Shown: one piece after another, positions 1-13,704 of the stretch
Numbering within the stretch: the stretch's first letter is position 1
Layout of the letters: each line of letters begins with the position of its first letter
Assembly (NCBI GenBank): GCA_038087875.1
Contig: JAXLNO010005863.1
Span: 62,001-126,000 of the forward strand
DNA length: 64,000 nt
DNA from: Malacoraja senta
Lineage: Eukaryota
Direction: 5' to 3'
The notes under the pieces: generated by a model
Databases searched by the model: none
The model's input: only the letters and a program-made list of their open reading frames with translations
Told to the model about the DNA's origin: nothing
Translations under genes and position numbers: made by a program

Positions 1-941
1 CATGAAGTCGGACAATTATGAGTCAAAGTCTTTTTTAGGGCATGGCCAAGGCCGGCCCTCCTCCAAAATGCTCACCTGGTCTCCTCCAGGAGCTCTACCC
101 CCCAGAGCTCGGTGACGGAAATTCATTCTATGGAGCCGCCAGTTACCATGAAGGTAGGTGGATATGGTTTATTTTAGAACATAGGGTGTGCACCACTCAC
201 AAGTTAGGGAATTAGCTATTTTAAACATTTGGCATTAGAGAGATGCAGGAGTCACCAGTTCCTTTACGGTACAAGTACTAACCACCTAGAGTTAATGGGT
301 GCACGCTATAGGTTAAGACTAATTGCGTGAATATGCATCAACTGCATGTTCAACTTTAATTAACAACACCACAGCAGTGGCTTATAGTTAATTACATGGG
401 TGAATTAAGGCCATATGCTATGTTAATTGGCTACCTTATTTACACTGATGATTTGCAAGGAATATCTGAATGTCACCTGTCAGGTAGACTCAATATAATG
501 TTAGACACCGGGGTACGATAATTCAGTGATACATCAGAATGGATACAATAATATGGTTACCGGTATGGCACAAAGGATATCGACTCGTCTGTGTACAGAC
601 TAAGTGTCCAGTTACTAAGCATGTTGCACATATGCAAGGCCCAAAGACAGAGGCGGTGGAGGTACTCCCGCAACTCCGGGGAAGGATGTGCTTTTATACA
701 TTTCCCCCGTTCTGCCTTCATCAGTCAACGCTTGCTTATGGTCAGGCGAGACCTGCCTCAGGCTTCCTGGTAAACCCAGGCTGGCCGACACAGCCATGGT
801 TCTCTATTCGGGGTATGATCAGCCTTTTATGGCCGTCCCCAAGGCAGTATCTGCATTCCACCCTGTAACAGAGGGAGGGATAAAACATCCTCTCCATGAC
901 TAAATTAAATTATTGGTTCACAGAGTCTGAGAAGACCTTTC

Positions 942-1900
942 TTGGGGTTCGGATTGACTGAACGCACGGTGAATGTACTGACTGCAGCCTGGAGAGACAG
1001 TACGAAGAAACAATACGTTTCCCATATTAGGAAGTGGGAAGAGTACTGTTCGCTAGCCAATATATCATATGACTCAGCACACATAACCGATGTGTTAGAG
1101 TTTCTCTCCAAACAATTTTTTGAAAAGAATTTAAGTTATAGTGCTATTAACTGTGCCCGAAGTGCACTATCGGCGTATCTGGGGCCAAGATTGGGACAAC
1201 AACCTGTTGGGTCACACCCTCTAGTGTCCAGGTTCATGAAGGGCATCTTCAACACTAAACCTCCCAGGCCCAGATATACGGAAATATGGGATGTAGGTAC
1301 AGTATTAACTCTGCTCCGCCGGTGGGCGCTGGCAACATCCCTGTCCCTGGCCCAGCTCACATACAAAGTAGTGATGCTCATGGCGCTGGTGTAAGCGCAA
1401 CGGGCCCAGTCGTTACACAAGCTCTGACTGGACAGAATGATCTATCTGCCAATAGCATAACGTTCTACTTGTATGACCTAGTTAAGCAAAGCAGACCAGG
1501 TACATCCGGTCTCAAGCTGTGTTTTGCGGCTTACCCCTTGGACATCCAGCCATGTGTGGTAGCACACCGACAACTTCATATTAAGGTCACTAAAAGCCTC
1601 AGGGGCTCAGAACTAGCATTATTTGTTAGTTTTAAGAAACCTCATAATAAGGTTTCAGTTCAGACCATTTCCAGGTGGCTGAAACAGGTCCTGACATATG
1701 CAGGAGTTAATACTGATTATTTTAAATCTCACTCCACCAGGGCAGCATCAACGTCTGCAGCGAGGACAATGGACGTCCCGCTAGACCATATACTAGCAAC
1801 CGCAGGATGGTCAGGACAACGTACATTTCAGGCATTTTATAATAAACCTGTCACCAGACCAAGGGCTTTTGCCAACACCGTTTTAAGTTCTGTTACATAG
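942..1900 (+). pseudogene. DIRS tyrosine recombinase ORF, broken near 1394
   Basis: ORF 942-1394 (AWRDSTKKQY..HIRKWEEYC..INCARSALS..HPLVSRFMKGIFN..PPRPRY..WDV) and ORF 1286-1900 (FKSHSTRAASTSAA..ILATAGWS..TFQAFYNK) are the two halves of a phage-integrase-family YR. Confidence 0.9.
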
Positions 1901-2102
1901 TTTCCCTGGATGAGAGGATCTACTATTATTATGATTTGTCCATTAAAAACATCAGCATGTTTTCAAACATTTGTCATGTCTGAATGCACTTATCTCTCAT
2001 CCTTGGTCAACCTATACAGTTGTGTGGCTTGGACTTGTGTCCATGGCATGAAATCACAGAGCTTCGAAGTCTTCACGTAGTCACTCACGTGACTCCGAAG
2101 TG

Positions 2103-2403
2103 AAATAGTAAGATTAAACGAGAACTTACCAGTTTGAATTTTGATTATTTTATGAGGAGTTACGATGAGGGATTACGTGCCCTCCGCTCCCAATCCTCTC
2201 TCATAAAGGTCAGCTCGTAGTTCTAGTTTCTCGAACCTTACTATATTCAGTTCATCAACCGTTATCTGTGATTTCACACCGCTGCTTTGAAGATTGACGC
2301 GCATGAGGGCTGGCGGGTTCTTCACGTAATCCCTCATCGTAACCCCTCATAAAATAAAGATCAAACTTCAAACTGGTAGGTTCTCATTTAATCTTACTAT
2401 TTT
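2103..2403. repeat. Inverted repeat pair (DIRS ICR / right ITR)
   Basis: 2103-2179 (aaatagtaagattaaacgagaacttaccagtttga...gagggattacgtg) is the near-perfect reverse complement of 2323-2403. Confidence 0.85.
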
Positions 2404-2534
2404 TGTAGCCTGAAATTGGTGCATCACATTAATGAGAATTACCAGTAGATGCTGATTTATTTACATGTATATGCTAAATCCATTTCATTTATATACCTCT
2501 TTTAACCCCTTTCTAACTTTTTTTTCCTTGGCAG

Positions 2535-5500
2535 TGTCACACAACATACAGGCCGACCATTCTTACTGCTTGTGGACCAGATTCGTGAGAATGGACTTCA
2601 ATTCACACCAGATGTAAATCACAGAAGAGCTCTGAAGAATGAAATACAGCGTACTTTCCGCCTCAAGAAAAGGGTGCAACAGATGAAGAAATCAACGAAA
2701 AAGGGAACTACAGAAAGCAATGCAATTAGTGACTTGATCGGAGGAGAATTTTTACTAGAACCAGCAAAGTCTTTCTTTGCGTCACAATTACGGAATGCGT
2801 CAGGACGTAGAAGAGCAAGAGGAAGACGATGGAGTTATTCAGACAAGGTACTTGCCTTGTCCCTCTACCACCAGAGTCCCCGAGCAGATCAGTTGTGCCA
2901 GTGCATGTTCACACTTCCATCAATTTCATCCCTGCGTAGATGGTTGCGTGATGTCGAAGTAAGACTGGGATTTCCCCCTGAAACCTTGGAGCTTTTGAAG
3001 GACAGAGTAGCAGGCATGACAGAGAGGGATACATTCTGTATCGTCTCCTTTGATGAAATGAGTCTACGTGCAGGCCTCTCGTACAATATTACTGAAGATA
3101 CAGTTGAGGGTTTTGAGGACTTTGGATCGCTAGGGAAGACGTCACGGCCTGCCCACCATACTCTTGTTTTCATGGTTAGAGGCCTGTTTGGGAAATGGAA
3201 ACAGCCTGTAGGTTACTTTCTGTGGTAAGACTGCACAAGGGTGGACAAACTGCAAATATTACTCAATGAATGCTTACATAAGGTTAAGGCTATTGGACTA
3301 CAGCCTAAGGCCGTGGTTTGTGACCAAGGCCCAAGCAATGTTCGACTCTACAACAACCTGGGTGTGACAGAAAATCATCCTTTCTTCATCTACGGAGAAA
3401 CCAAGATCTTTTGCCTGCATGACCCGCCACACATGCTAAAACACGAGATCAAATTTGGAGAAGTATGTTTTTGAGGTCATTGGAGAGGATGGCAGAAAGA
3501 AACGTATCAAGTGGGCACATATTCACGCATTTTTTGAAATTGAATTACAGTTGCACATTAGAATAGTCCATAAACTGACCAGAGGCCACTTTGTTCTGAA
3601 CAGCTTCTCCAAAATGAGAGTCAACAAAGCAGCGCAGGTGCTCAGCCATTCGGTAGCATCAGGCGTGTAAACCTATTCATCTATTGGAAAGTTGCCTGGG
3701 GAGGGAGGCTGCTTATACTGCGGAGTTCATTGCAATGATAGACGGACGATTTGATGCATTTAACAGCAGGTGTCTCAAGGCCAAAACAATTATGAGGAGG
3801 CCCATGTCTGAAAACTCTGCGCATTGATCATTCTTTGAATCATGCTTGCCTGTACTGCAAAGATTCAATGTGCTGGGAGCAAACAATGTATTGTTTGTCA
3901 AAGGATGGTGGCTTGCAATTTCTTGTATTTCACAGCTGTGGCAGCACATAAAGGAAAAATACAGGCACTCATTTCATGCTCACATCCAGGCTTAATGAGG
4001 ATGTCGTTGAGAATTTATTCTCCACCATTCGGCGAAAGGGCAGATTCTGAGAAAACCCATCAGTGAAGGAGTTTCTCTGTGCTTTAGAATGGTCATGGTA
4101 GCTGAACTGATAAAGCCAGTTCTGAGTGGCTTTATCAATTCTGAGTGCAACCCGTTCACCTGACCATGCAAAATTTATCTTGACACTGCAAACACTGACA
4201 AAGGACAGAGTCAAGAAACCACCTCCATCTCTCTCCCATACCAATAGGGCACAACAGAACAATGTTGTTTGCAGCATTTCACTTGATCTCCCTGAAGACA
4301 ATACACTGGCTTACATCGCAGGTTACATCTCTCGTAGAATCCTCACCTCACATGAACTGACCTCAAAATGTCACACATGCAGAGAAGTTCTGCTACAACC
4401 TGATACCACCTTTGTTGATCCTGCCCTCATATTCATGCACCATAAGGCATATGACACATCGACATCTGACTTCAGCTCCCTGATGGTGCCTTCTGAATAC
4501 TTTCTCACGTTCTGTGGGGTGTGCGAGAAAGTGTTCTGCACAGAATTTGACAATGTTAACATGAGCAGGAACAACATTTCCCATCTAATAAATACAGCAA
4601 TACACAATACTCAGGAATACAAGGACATGAACTTGTACTGCCAGAGTCAAGGCACGAATTGTAGCAATCTTTGTAAGTGTTCACATACGTTATGGACTCA
4701 AATTTAAGAATAGAAACCTGCAGGACTTTTTTTTTTTTTAAACATTTTTAATTTTTATTTATTAGAAGTACATTACATTACAACCACATACATTAATACT
4801 CGTCATTTATATCTTCTTACAATTAATGTACTCCCTTTATTTATTTTTTTACACTAGAAAAGCAAAAGATTGAAAGAAAGAAGAAAGTGAAGGAAAAAGT
4901 GAAAGTGTAGAAAAGTGTAGAAAATGTAACAACAAAAAGGGACGAAGACCCTATAAGAGCGAAATTAAAAACAAAAGAAAAAGAGTTAAGAAATAGGCCC
5001 TAGGAAAAAAAAGAGAAAGAGAGAGAGGAAAAAAAAAAAAGAAAAACAATTTTTTTTTTGAGCATTACGTAAATAGGACATACCAACTCTTCAACTATCA
5101 TCCCCCCTTACCTGACCTCAATTTTTTATTTTTTTTAAAGTACTTTTGCACCCTATGTTTGTAATAATTCTATAAATGCAGACCACGTCAGGTGGAAGTG
5201 ATCTGGTTTACCTGCTAGGAGGAGTCTTATCTCTTCTAGGTGTAATGTTTCAAACATATTTGAAATCCACATATTTATAGTTGGTATTGGAGCCTTCTTC
5301 CAAAATTTTAGAATTAGCTTTTTTCCAGTTATTAACCCATAGTCCATTAATTTCTTTTGAAACACATTTAGTTCTGGATCATCTTCCGTTATTCCGAAGA
5401 TAATCCATTCTGCTTTGGGTATCAGTCTTGTTTTAAATAACTTTGTAAAGATTTCAAAAATTTCATTCCAAAATTTTTGAATTTTTGTACAGAAGACGAA

Positions 5501-7408
5501 TGAGTGCGCTATAGTAGCTTATTGGGATTGACATTTATCACAAATAGATGATACATTTGGGAAAATTTTATGAATTTTAGTTTTCGAATAATATAATCTA
5601 TGTAAAATTTTAAATTGTATTAAAGTGTGTCTTACATTAATCGAACATTTATGCACGTTTAATAAGTATTCATTCCAACTTTCCTTTGAAATTTTAATAG
5701 CTAACTCTTGTTCCCAGTCTCTTCTGATACCCTCCGTAGGTGGTATTTGTACATTTAAAATAATATTATACAAATATGATATTAAGTTTGCTGATTCCGC
5801 TTTTATCTGCATTGCCTCGTCCAATACATCTACTGGGTTATTATAATAATCTTTTGTATATTTTTTCAAATAGTCGCATATTTGAAAATATTTAAAATAT
5901 TGATTATTTCCGAGTTTATATTTTATTTGTAATTGTTGAAATGAAAGTAATTTTCCAGTTTCATACAAGTCACCAAGCGTTTTAATTCCTAGTCTATCCC
6001 ATTGTGTATAAGCTTTATCTATAATAGAAGGACTAAACGAAGGGTTATTGACTATAGGTAATAAAAGTGATAAATTTCTTAATTTTAAATTTTGTTTTAT
6101 TTGTTTCCAAATTCGGATTGTACTATGAATAATTGGGTTCTTATTATAATTTATGTTATTCAGTTTCATTGGAGAGAGGAGGATCGCTCCAATGTTTCTA
6201 GAGGAGCAATCCTCTTTCTCCATTACAATCCAGTCTACTTGCTGGGCGGAGTTATCCATCAGTTGAATCATGTTTTTAATATTTACTGACCAATAATAAT
6301 ACATAAAATTAGGTAGTGCTAAACCCCCCAATACTTTAGGTTTATTCAGATGAGTTTTTTGTATTCTATGTGATTTATAGTCCCATATAAAATTAGTGAT
6401 ATCTGAGTCGAGTTTTTTAAAAAACTTCTTAGGTAAGTATATAGGAATTGATTGAAATAGGTATAAAATTTGTGGTAAAAAGATCATTTTTATTGCATTT
6501 ATTCGGCCTATTAAAGACATCGGGAGCGTTTTCCAGAATTTAATTAGTGTATTTAATTTATTAAGTAGGGGGTCAAAATTTGCCCTGAACATACCTTGAT
6601 ATGATCTGGTAATTTCGATTCCCAAATATTTAAATTTTTCTGTAGCTATTTTAAAAGGGAATTTTAAAAGATGTGTTGAATCTTTCGGTTTTATTGACAT
6701 AATTTCACTTTTATTCCAATTTATTCTATATCCAGAAAAAGATCCAAAGTCTTCAATTAAATTTAATATATTTGGTATAGTGATTTGAGGTTTTGTAATA
6801 TACAGTAATATATCATCCGCGTATAAAGATATTTTATTATATGAGTCTTTAGTATTATATCCATGAATATCAGGGTGTATTCTAATTTTTTCTGCTAGCG
6901 GTTCAATAATGAGAGCAAACAGCTGTGGTGATAATGAGCATCCTTGTCTATTTCCCCTTGATAGTTGAAATTTCGAGGATAATATGTTATTAGTTAGTAT
7001 TCTAGCTGTAGGTTTGTTATATAGTAACTTAATCCATAAAATAAAATTCACTCCCAGTTGAAATTTTTGTAATACTTTGTCCATATAATTCCATTCTACT
7101 TGATCAAATGCTTTTTCAGCATCCAGCGAAATAATTGATAATTCTTGATCTTCAGATTTGTGTGAGTGCATTATGTTGAGTAGACATCTCATATTATTAG
7201 AAGAGTATCTCTTAGGGATAAACCCTGTCTGATCTGGGTTTATTAATTTACTAATGTATTTACTTAATCTTCTAGCTAATGTTTTCGCTAATATTTTTTG
7301 ATCTGTGTTTAACAATGCTATAGCTCTATATGAACCAGGTTCAGAAACCTGCAGGACTTGACCATTAAAAGGAAGTGTAGGAAAGTTCAAAAAGTAGCAC
7401 ATAAGTAA
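2535..7408 (+). pseudogene. P-element/THAP9-like DNA transposase, fragmented and split by an L1 insertion
   Basis: Acceptor ttttccttggcag at 2534. ORFs 2572-3228 (LYHQSPR..LPSISSLRRW..VSFDEMSLR..LVFMVRGLFGKWKQPVGY), 3241-3474 (VVCDQGPSN..HDPPHMLK), 3455-3670 (FSKMRVNKAAQVLSHSVA) and 4126-4707 (LAYIAGY). The C-terminus LKFKNRNLQDLTIKRKCRKVQKVAHK* rejoins across the L1 (stop 7406-7408). Confidence 0.85.
4729..7342 (-). mobile_element. 5'-truncated L1-clade LINE (RT plus C-terminal Cys/His motif) with poly(A) and 17-bp TSD
   Basis: RT motifs SLDAEKAFD, RQGCSLSP, LYADD, FKYLGI in ORF 5519-7693. One stop at 5519, then the frame continues to 5153. Poly(T) on + at ~4727-4739. TSD agaaacctgcaggactt at 4712-4728 and 7343-7359. 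Confidence 0.93.
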
Positions 7409-7724
7409 AGTACATGATGTTGTTGAATTATATATTGATGAAATACACTCATTTATGTACATAGTGTGAAATTGTGATTTGTTAACGGCACAAAACAATG
7501 CAAATGGCGATTTATTTATTATTGTATCTACGTTGGACATTTTGCCCTTTGGTGTAAGCAGGGGTGGGGCTATCATTGTGTTACATACGTTGAATTGTAC
7601 ATCACTTTCATTGGTTAGCTGATATGCTGAACACTGTAACCCTGTATATCTCGCGCACAGAATAATGTGAATTATGTAAATCTTACCATGCATGTCAGAA
7701 ATGAAATGTGTTAACCATGTTTTG

Positions 7725-8275
7725 GTCAGTTTTGGTCTCCAAATCTGAGGAAGGACATTATTGCCATAGAGGGAGTGCAGAGAAGGTTCACCAGAATGAT
7801 TCCTGGGATGTCAGGACTTTCATATGAAGAAAGACTGGATAGACTTGGTTTATACTCGCTAGAATTTAGGAGATTGAGAGGGGATCTTATAGAAACGTAC
7901 AAAATTCTTATGGGGTTGGACAGGCTAGATGCAGGAAGATTGTTCCCGATGTTGGGGAAGTCCAGGACAAGGGGTCACAGCTTAAGGATAAGGGGGAAAT
8001 CCTTTAAGACCGAGATGAGGAAAAACTTTTTCACACAGAGAGTGGTGAATCTCTGGAACTCTCTGCCACAGAGGGTAGTTGAGGCCAGTTCATTGGCAAT
8101 ATTTAAGAGGGAGTTAGATGTGGCCCTTGTGGCTAAAGGGATCAGGGGGTATGGAGAGAAGGCAGGTACGGGATACTGAGTTGGATGATCAGCCATGATC
8201 ATATTGAATGGCGGTGCAGGCTCGAAGGGCCGAATGGCCTACTCATGCACCTATTTTCTATGTATCTATGTATCT
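7725..8275 (+). mobile_element. CR1 LINE 3' fragment
   Basis: VQRRFTRMIPG..YEERL..LGLYSLE.RRLRGDLIE..FFTQRVVNLWNSLP, then the typical 3' UTR and a (tatctatg)n tail. Confidence 0.9.
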
Positions 8276-8849
8276 ATGTTAATGGATTTCTATTATAATT
8301 ATTTAAAATTGAGTGGGTTGGTGCAATATTGGGGTAATATACTGCTAATGTGTCGTTATCAGATATTCAGCTTTAAAAAGAGAAATAAATCACAGTAAAA
8401 GGGAAAAGATGCCTATGTTCCTTCCACAGCGTGTGGGGAGTCTGGCCCGGATCAGCACGGCTGGGACACCAGGGTGAAGTTACGGGGAGGTTTACAATGT
8501 GTTTTTAATTTAATGTTGTCTCTTATCTAGTCCGAAATAAAGTTTATGATTAAAATTAGAAATCTGGAGAAATATATATGTGTGTTATATGATTATATAC
8601 ATTTATATCACATTCATATATATGTGTGTGTATGTGTATCTAATCAGTTGTATGCTCGCTGAATAAAACCATCCTTAAGTTATACATCATTTGTAAATCT
8701 GGTTCAAAACAAATTATATTTTGTGAAAGACTTCATTCAGATAACCCCACCATAACAGACAGATCTCATTCCACTCTCTGGCTATTGGGAAGACCAAACC
8801 CATTTTATTGTTGAGAAACAACTCCATAGACACAAAAAACATGAAGGTG

Positions 8850-9352
8850 TAGCGGCACCTGCTGGCGTACGCAGAGATCGAACCCGGCGTTCGGAAGCCG
8901 CGGTCACGTGACTCGGGAGCGGCCGCTTGTTTTACGCGGTTTTCACTTGCACGCGTTAGTTCAGCGCTGACCGTTGCGGTCCGGATCCGCCCCCACTTCT
9001 ACTCCCAGAGCGGGGCCAAGAAAATTGAAGATAGACACAAAATGCTGGAGTAACTCAGCGGGACCGGCAGCAACTCTGGAGAGAAGCAATGGGTGATGTT
9101 TCGGGTCAAGACCCTTCTTTCAGAATGAACAAGAGTCTCGAACAGAAACGTCACGCATTGCTTCTCTCCAGAGATGCTGCCGGTCCAACTGACTTACTCC
9201 AGCTTTGTGTCCATCTTCAAATAACATCACGCGCTCCAGACGGCTGTACGTACGCATGTAATCGCGCACGACCTTCGCTCGACCGTCTCGGCTCAACGCG
9301 GCAACGAGGTCGCGTAATTTGCGTGCCAAGGACACGTAAGTGGGACAGGCCC
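8850..9352. mobile_element. CpG-rich MITE-like element of the gggcctgtcccac TIR family, containing a fold-back repeat
   Basis: Ends cgtaagtgggacaggccc followed by ttaa. The internal part is the reverse complement of ~22720-22860. Confidence 0.6.
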
Positions 9353-11761
9353 TTAAATCTAAACAGCCCTCAGTAAAGGCACCACACATAATCCTCATAA
9401 TCAACACTAAACACTGAAGGCAACCATTGATGGTGACATGAATCTTTGTTCACCAAAATCAAAGCATCATCAACTGTCACAAAACAAGATGGAGAAAAGC
9501 AAAAGATTGCAGTTGCTTCAAATCGTGCAAATACAAGCATTTGGAATATCCATTTCCTGACATGTAATTCACAACAGGCAATTGCCCAGGGCCCAGCACG
9601 TTCATCATTCATAGGGGCAGAATCAGGCCATTCGGCCCATCAAATACCACTCCGCCATTCAATAATGGCTGAACTACCTTTCTCCCAACCCATTCTCCCC
9701 TCTAGATAGAGTAACAGCATAGCAGTGAATAAAGGAACAGAAGGGAAAGGACACAATGTGTTGGAGAAACTCAGTCTGAACTGAAGAAGGATCCCAACCC
9801 AAAACAACACCTCATGTGCTCCAGAGATGCTGCCTGGCCTGCTGGTTTACTCCAGCACTTTGTCCCCTTTAGTGGATTAACCAGCATCTACAGTTTCTTG
9901 TTTCTACAAAGGAACAGAAACAATTGATTCATGGTCAACTATAAAAGTCAGAGAACAGCACAAATTCAACGTTTCCCAAAATGGGTGAACTACTTGAAGC
10001 CCTGTGTAGACAGAAAATCAACGGCTTGTTTCACACAAATACAGGGAACCACAGTCATGCCACTGAAAACAAGCAGTGTGGATAGTTATACTTCTTCAGA
10101 TAGATAAACTGTCAAGCACACCAGTGTTGCTTTCAGCAATCCAATCCTTGTGATGAGATTGTTTTCACTCTTTTCAAAGAATTCATTCAAAGAAGTCCTA
10201 CAGTTCCAGCTTACAGTTAAATACAAGCAAAACTTTGCAACAGAACACACCTGAACTGCACCAGACCACAGATTTCCCCCTCTTTTCATTTGATTAAATT
10301 TCAAAATTCCAATGAGCATCTTAAGAATTTTTAGACGCACATCTCTGCAAAAGCAAGAGTCATCTGTGAGCAACTTGTAAACTGAACATGAGCCATCCTG
10401 TTTTTCCTGTCTTTCCCCTCCATCAGCCAGCTGCTGTCTCGTGTTGAATCCACAAAGGCTTGATTCATCCTTATGATTACTCTTGTACTTTGCACCACCA
10501 CTTCCCGCCCATCGCCCCAACCCCCGGCCCAATGATACAGTCAGGGACTGGCAATGGCAGAATTCTGCCCACCCTCCAGAGCAAGTCATCCCACCCCACG
10601 GACTTCTTCCCAATACACACCAATAGCACAGTGCCCACCCTCCTGTCTCCGGTCCCAAAACATGCGGGCAAAGGTTTAGTTACCGGGGCAGAGCCCGATT
10701 GATAAAGCAATCACTCCCTAGGCCCAAGATAGACAAAAAAAGCTGGAGTAACTCAGCGGGTCAGACAACATCTCTGGAAACAGGATTGAGGTCGAGACCC
10801 TTCTTCAGATTGAGACAGCGGAAAGGGCTCCAATTTACAGTTAAATGCAAGCTAAACTTTGCATCATTACTACATCTCTAGTGGACACCGGATAAACCAC
10901 AGAAATTACCCCATTTCTTTACCCACTTTGATAACATTTCCAAATTCTAATCAGTACTGAAAAATGATTAGACGCGTGACTGAGTAGGCAAGAAGCATCT
11001 CAGAGCAACTTGTAAACTGAACACTGGCCATCCTGTTAAAAGATTATATTCACAAAACTTTCCTCACCTGGCCTTGTGATTCCCTTCCATCAGCCAGTTG
11101 CTGTCTTTCCGTCTCGGATGTAAACCTGGCTTGTGATGAATCCACAAAGACTGCCTTTATCAACACCTCTTCCACTTGCACCGCCCACCCCTCGCCCATC
11201 ACCCCAACTCCACCCACCCTCCAGAGCCAGTCTCCCACCCCACTGACGTCTTCCCAATACACAGCCGGCCCCTCGTCTCTGGTCCCAAAACATTTGAATA
11301 AGAATGTTGTTGGTCTCCAGATTGACAAAGCAATCACTAGGCCCATTCATGTCAACGAGTTAAATTGAACCGTGCCCAGCCGGAGTCCTACGTTAGTGGT
11401 GATGTTTACAGAATACAAACTGTGGTTCACCTGCAATTTACTTTCTCTTCAGATTTCCCGCCAACATTGTCCCTATAGGTGTGTGTCATTCACAGTGCCA
11501 GGAATTGTCATTTTGAATAATTTGCTGAAGATTTTTTAAATATTTTGTCAGACCTGGAATCGCAGTTGCATCTTTGGGTCCAAATCCTAGCGGCAACTCA
11601 TCTTTTCCTTTTAAAATGTACATTGTTGAAATTAATAATTACACCATTCACTCCACCACCCTCCCAACGCACACACAAACCAAATATTTAACACTAATTT
11701 GTATTGGTCATAGATAGTTGCCTGAATCTTTGTTCAGCAAAAATCTATCCATCATTAACTG

Positions 11762-12400
11762 CCAGTCTGAGCGGCGGACAGGTCTGTGAGTCAATAAGTG
11801 GCATTGAAACAAAGCCGAAGAGACAGACATCAGGCAGAGCCGTGGTTGTCGGGGACTCCATCGTGAGAGGTACAGACAGCGGTTTCTGCAGCAACAGGCG
11901 GGATTCAAAGATGGTGTGTTGCCTCCCTGTTGCCAGGATCCAGGACGTCACGGACCAATTACAGGGCATCCTCAAGGGTGAAGGTGAGCAGCCGGAAGTG
12001 GTCGTGCATGTCGGCACAAATGATGTCGGGAAGAAGAGGAAAGAGATTCTGCAGCGTGACTTTACAGAGCTCGGAAGAAGGCTGAAAAGCAGGACCTCCA
12101 GGGTGGTTATCTCCGGTTTGCTTCCAGTTCCTCGTGCTGGAGAGGGCAGGAACAGGGAGATAGGGGATCTGAATGTGTGGCTGAGGAGCTGGTGCAGGGG
12201 GCAGGGATTTGTATTCTTAGCCCATGGGATCTGTTTTGGGGTAAAGGTGAACTGTACAAAGGGACGGGTTACACCTTAACTGGCGGGGGACCAGCATTGT
12301 GGCAGGCAGGTTTGCAACTGCTACACGGGGGGTTTAAGGTAAATAGTGGGGGGGGGGACAAATTGGAAATACAAGGATGGAGTTAAAGGGAAAGAGAGTA
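11762..12400 (+). mobile_element. CR1 LINE ORF1 fragment (SGNH/GDSL esterase domain)
   Basis: AVVVGDSIVRG..MVCCLP.ARIQDV..VVVHVGTNDVG..VVISGLLPVPRA in ORF 11704-12279. Confidence 0.85.
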
Positions 12401-12429
12401 TAGGAAATGTTAAGAAAGACCCCAGAATT

Positions 12430-13300
12430 ATTATTATTATTAATATTTTTTTATTATTAATACTTTTGTTAGAAGCAATGTACAGTAGTATAAACCGTGT
12501 ATAATATAATACATTTCGTGTACAACTTCTTGTTTTTAATTTAATAATAGAGAAGTAACAGAAGCAAGAAAGAAAGGGAAAGAGAAAGTTAAGTAAAGTA
12601 GTGATATTGATAGTTCGTGAAAGAATAGAAAGAAAGAGCCCGTGAAGATATAAAGAGAAAAAAAAGAAAAAAAGGGGATATACCTGCTTCATATCTTTCC
12701 ACACCCCTCACCCAGTTCTGAAACAATTAATTTCCAGGGTTATGTTGCACCATACACTTGTAATGTTGATAAAAGGAGACCAAATCTTTAAGAATTGGTC
12801 TGATTTACCTGCTAGGACGAATCTCATATCTTCGAGATGTAACATTTCAGACATGCTTGAAATCCACATTTTAAGCGTTGAGGTGGGTGCATTTTTCCAG
12901 AATTTGAGTATAGGTTTTTTGCCATTATCTAGCCATAGTTTAGAAGACAGTTTTGGAACGAAGTCAGCTCAGAGCCGGCTTCCATTGTTCCAAAAATAAT
13001 CAATTCTGTGTTGGGGTACAATTGTATTTTAAATAATTTTGTGAAAATTTCAAACATTTATTTCCAAAATTTGTGGAGTTTTATGCATGGAAGTGTGCTA
13101 TAGTTGCATCTTGAGATAAGCATTTATCACAGATGGGAGAGACATTTGGAAACCTTTTATTCAGATTAGTTTTGAGTAATATAGTCTATGTAAAATTTTA
13201 AATTGAATTAAGGTATGTCTTACATTAATCGAACCTTTGTGTACGTATGACAAATATTTATCCCATCTGTCTTTCGAAATTGTTATAGATAGTTCTTGTT
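12430..13300 (-). mobile_element. L1-clade LINE 3' fragment
   Basis: Similar to the 3' end of 4729-7342 (ILHRLYYSKTNLNK.FPNVSPICDKC). T-rich tail on + near 12435-12460. Confidence 0.8.
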
Positions 13301-13704
13301 CCCACTCTCTTCTAATTGCATCTGACGATGGTATTTGTATATAAACACCAGAATTAATGGGACAGAAAGCTCACAAAGGGATAGGAGAGTATGGCCAAGT
13401 GAAATAGGGATCGATGTGAAAGATGAAAAGCATTCTGCCAACACACAGCTAAACCAAATATTTAACACTAATTTGTATTGGTCATTCATGGTGACCTGAC
13501 TCTTTGTTCAACAAATCTAACCATCATTAACTGATTACAGATCAAGTTGGAGGAAAGCAAAGAATTGCAGTCTGGCAAACCCGAGCTTTTGGAATGGCTT
13601 CTTACTGACAAGTGATTCATACTGTTGCTCCCAGGCAATTGCCCAATCCCCGGCCTCTGTCCTGCACCATCCCCCCAGCCACAGATGTTAATTTAGTTCA
13701 GTTT

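Larger units (their letters stand above)
1..2403 (+). mobile_element. DIRS-type tyrosine-recombinase retrotransposon, 3' part, degenerate
   Basis: Decayed RNase H motif (HVQL..NNTTAVAY, ~340-400). Methyltransferase-like motif (YTFPPF...PGWPTQPWF, ~690-810). Integrase SAM-like domain (942-1394) and YR catalytic domain (HSTRAASTS, AGWS; to 1900). Terminal inverted repeat structure at 2103-2403. Confidence 0.88.

Noticed and set aside
5519-7693. 724-aa ORF as a single gene
   Set aside because: Only 7342 downward is L1 RT. The first ~115 aa come from flanking DNA beyond the TSD.
10086-10658. 190-aa ORF in the tandem array
   Set aside because: The frame is not preserved in the other copies, it has a non-ATG start, and no domain is recognisable.
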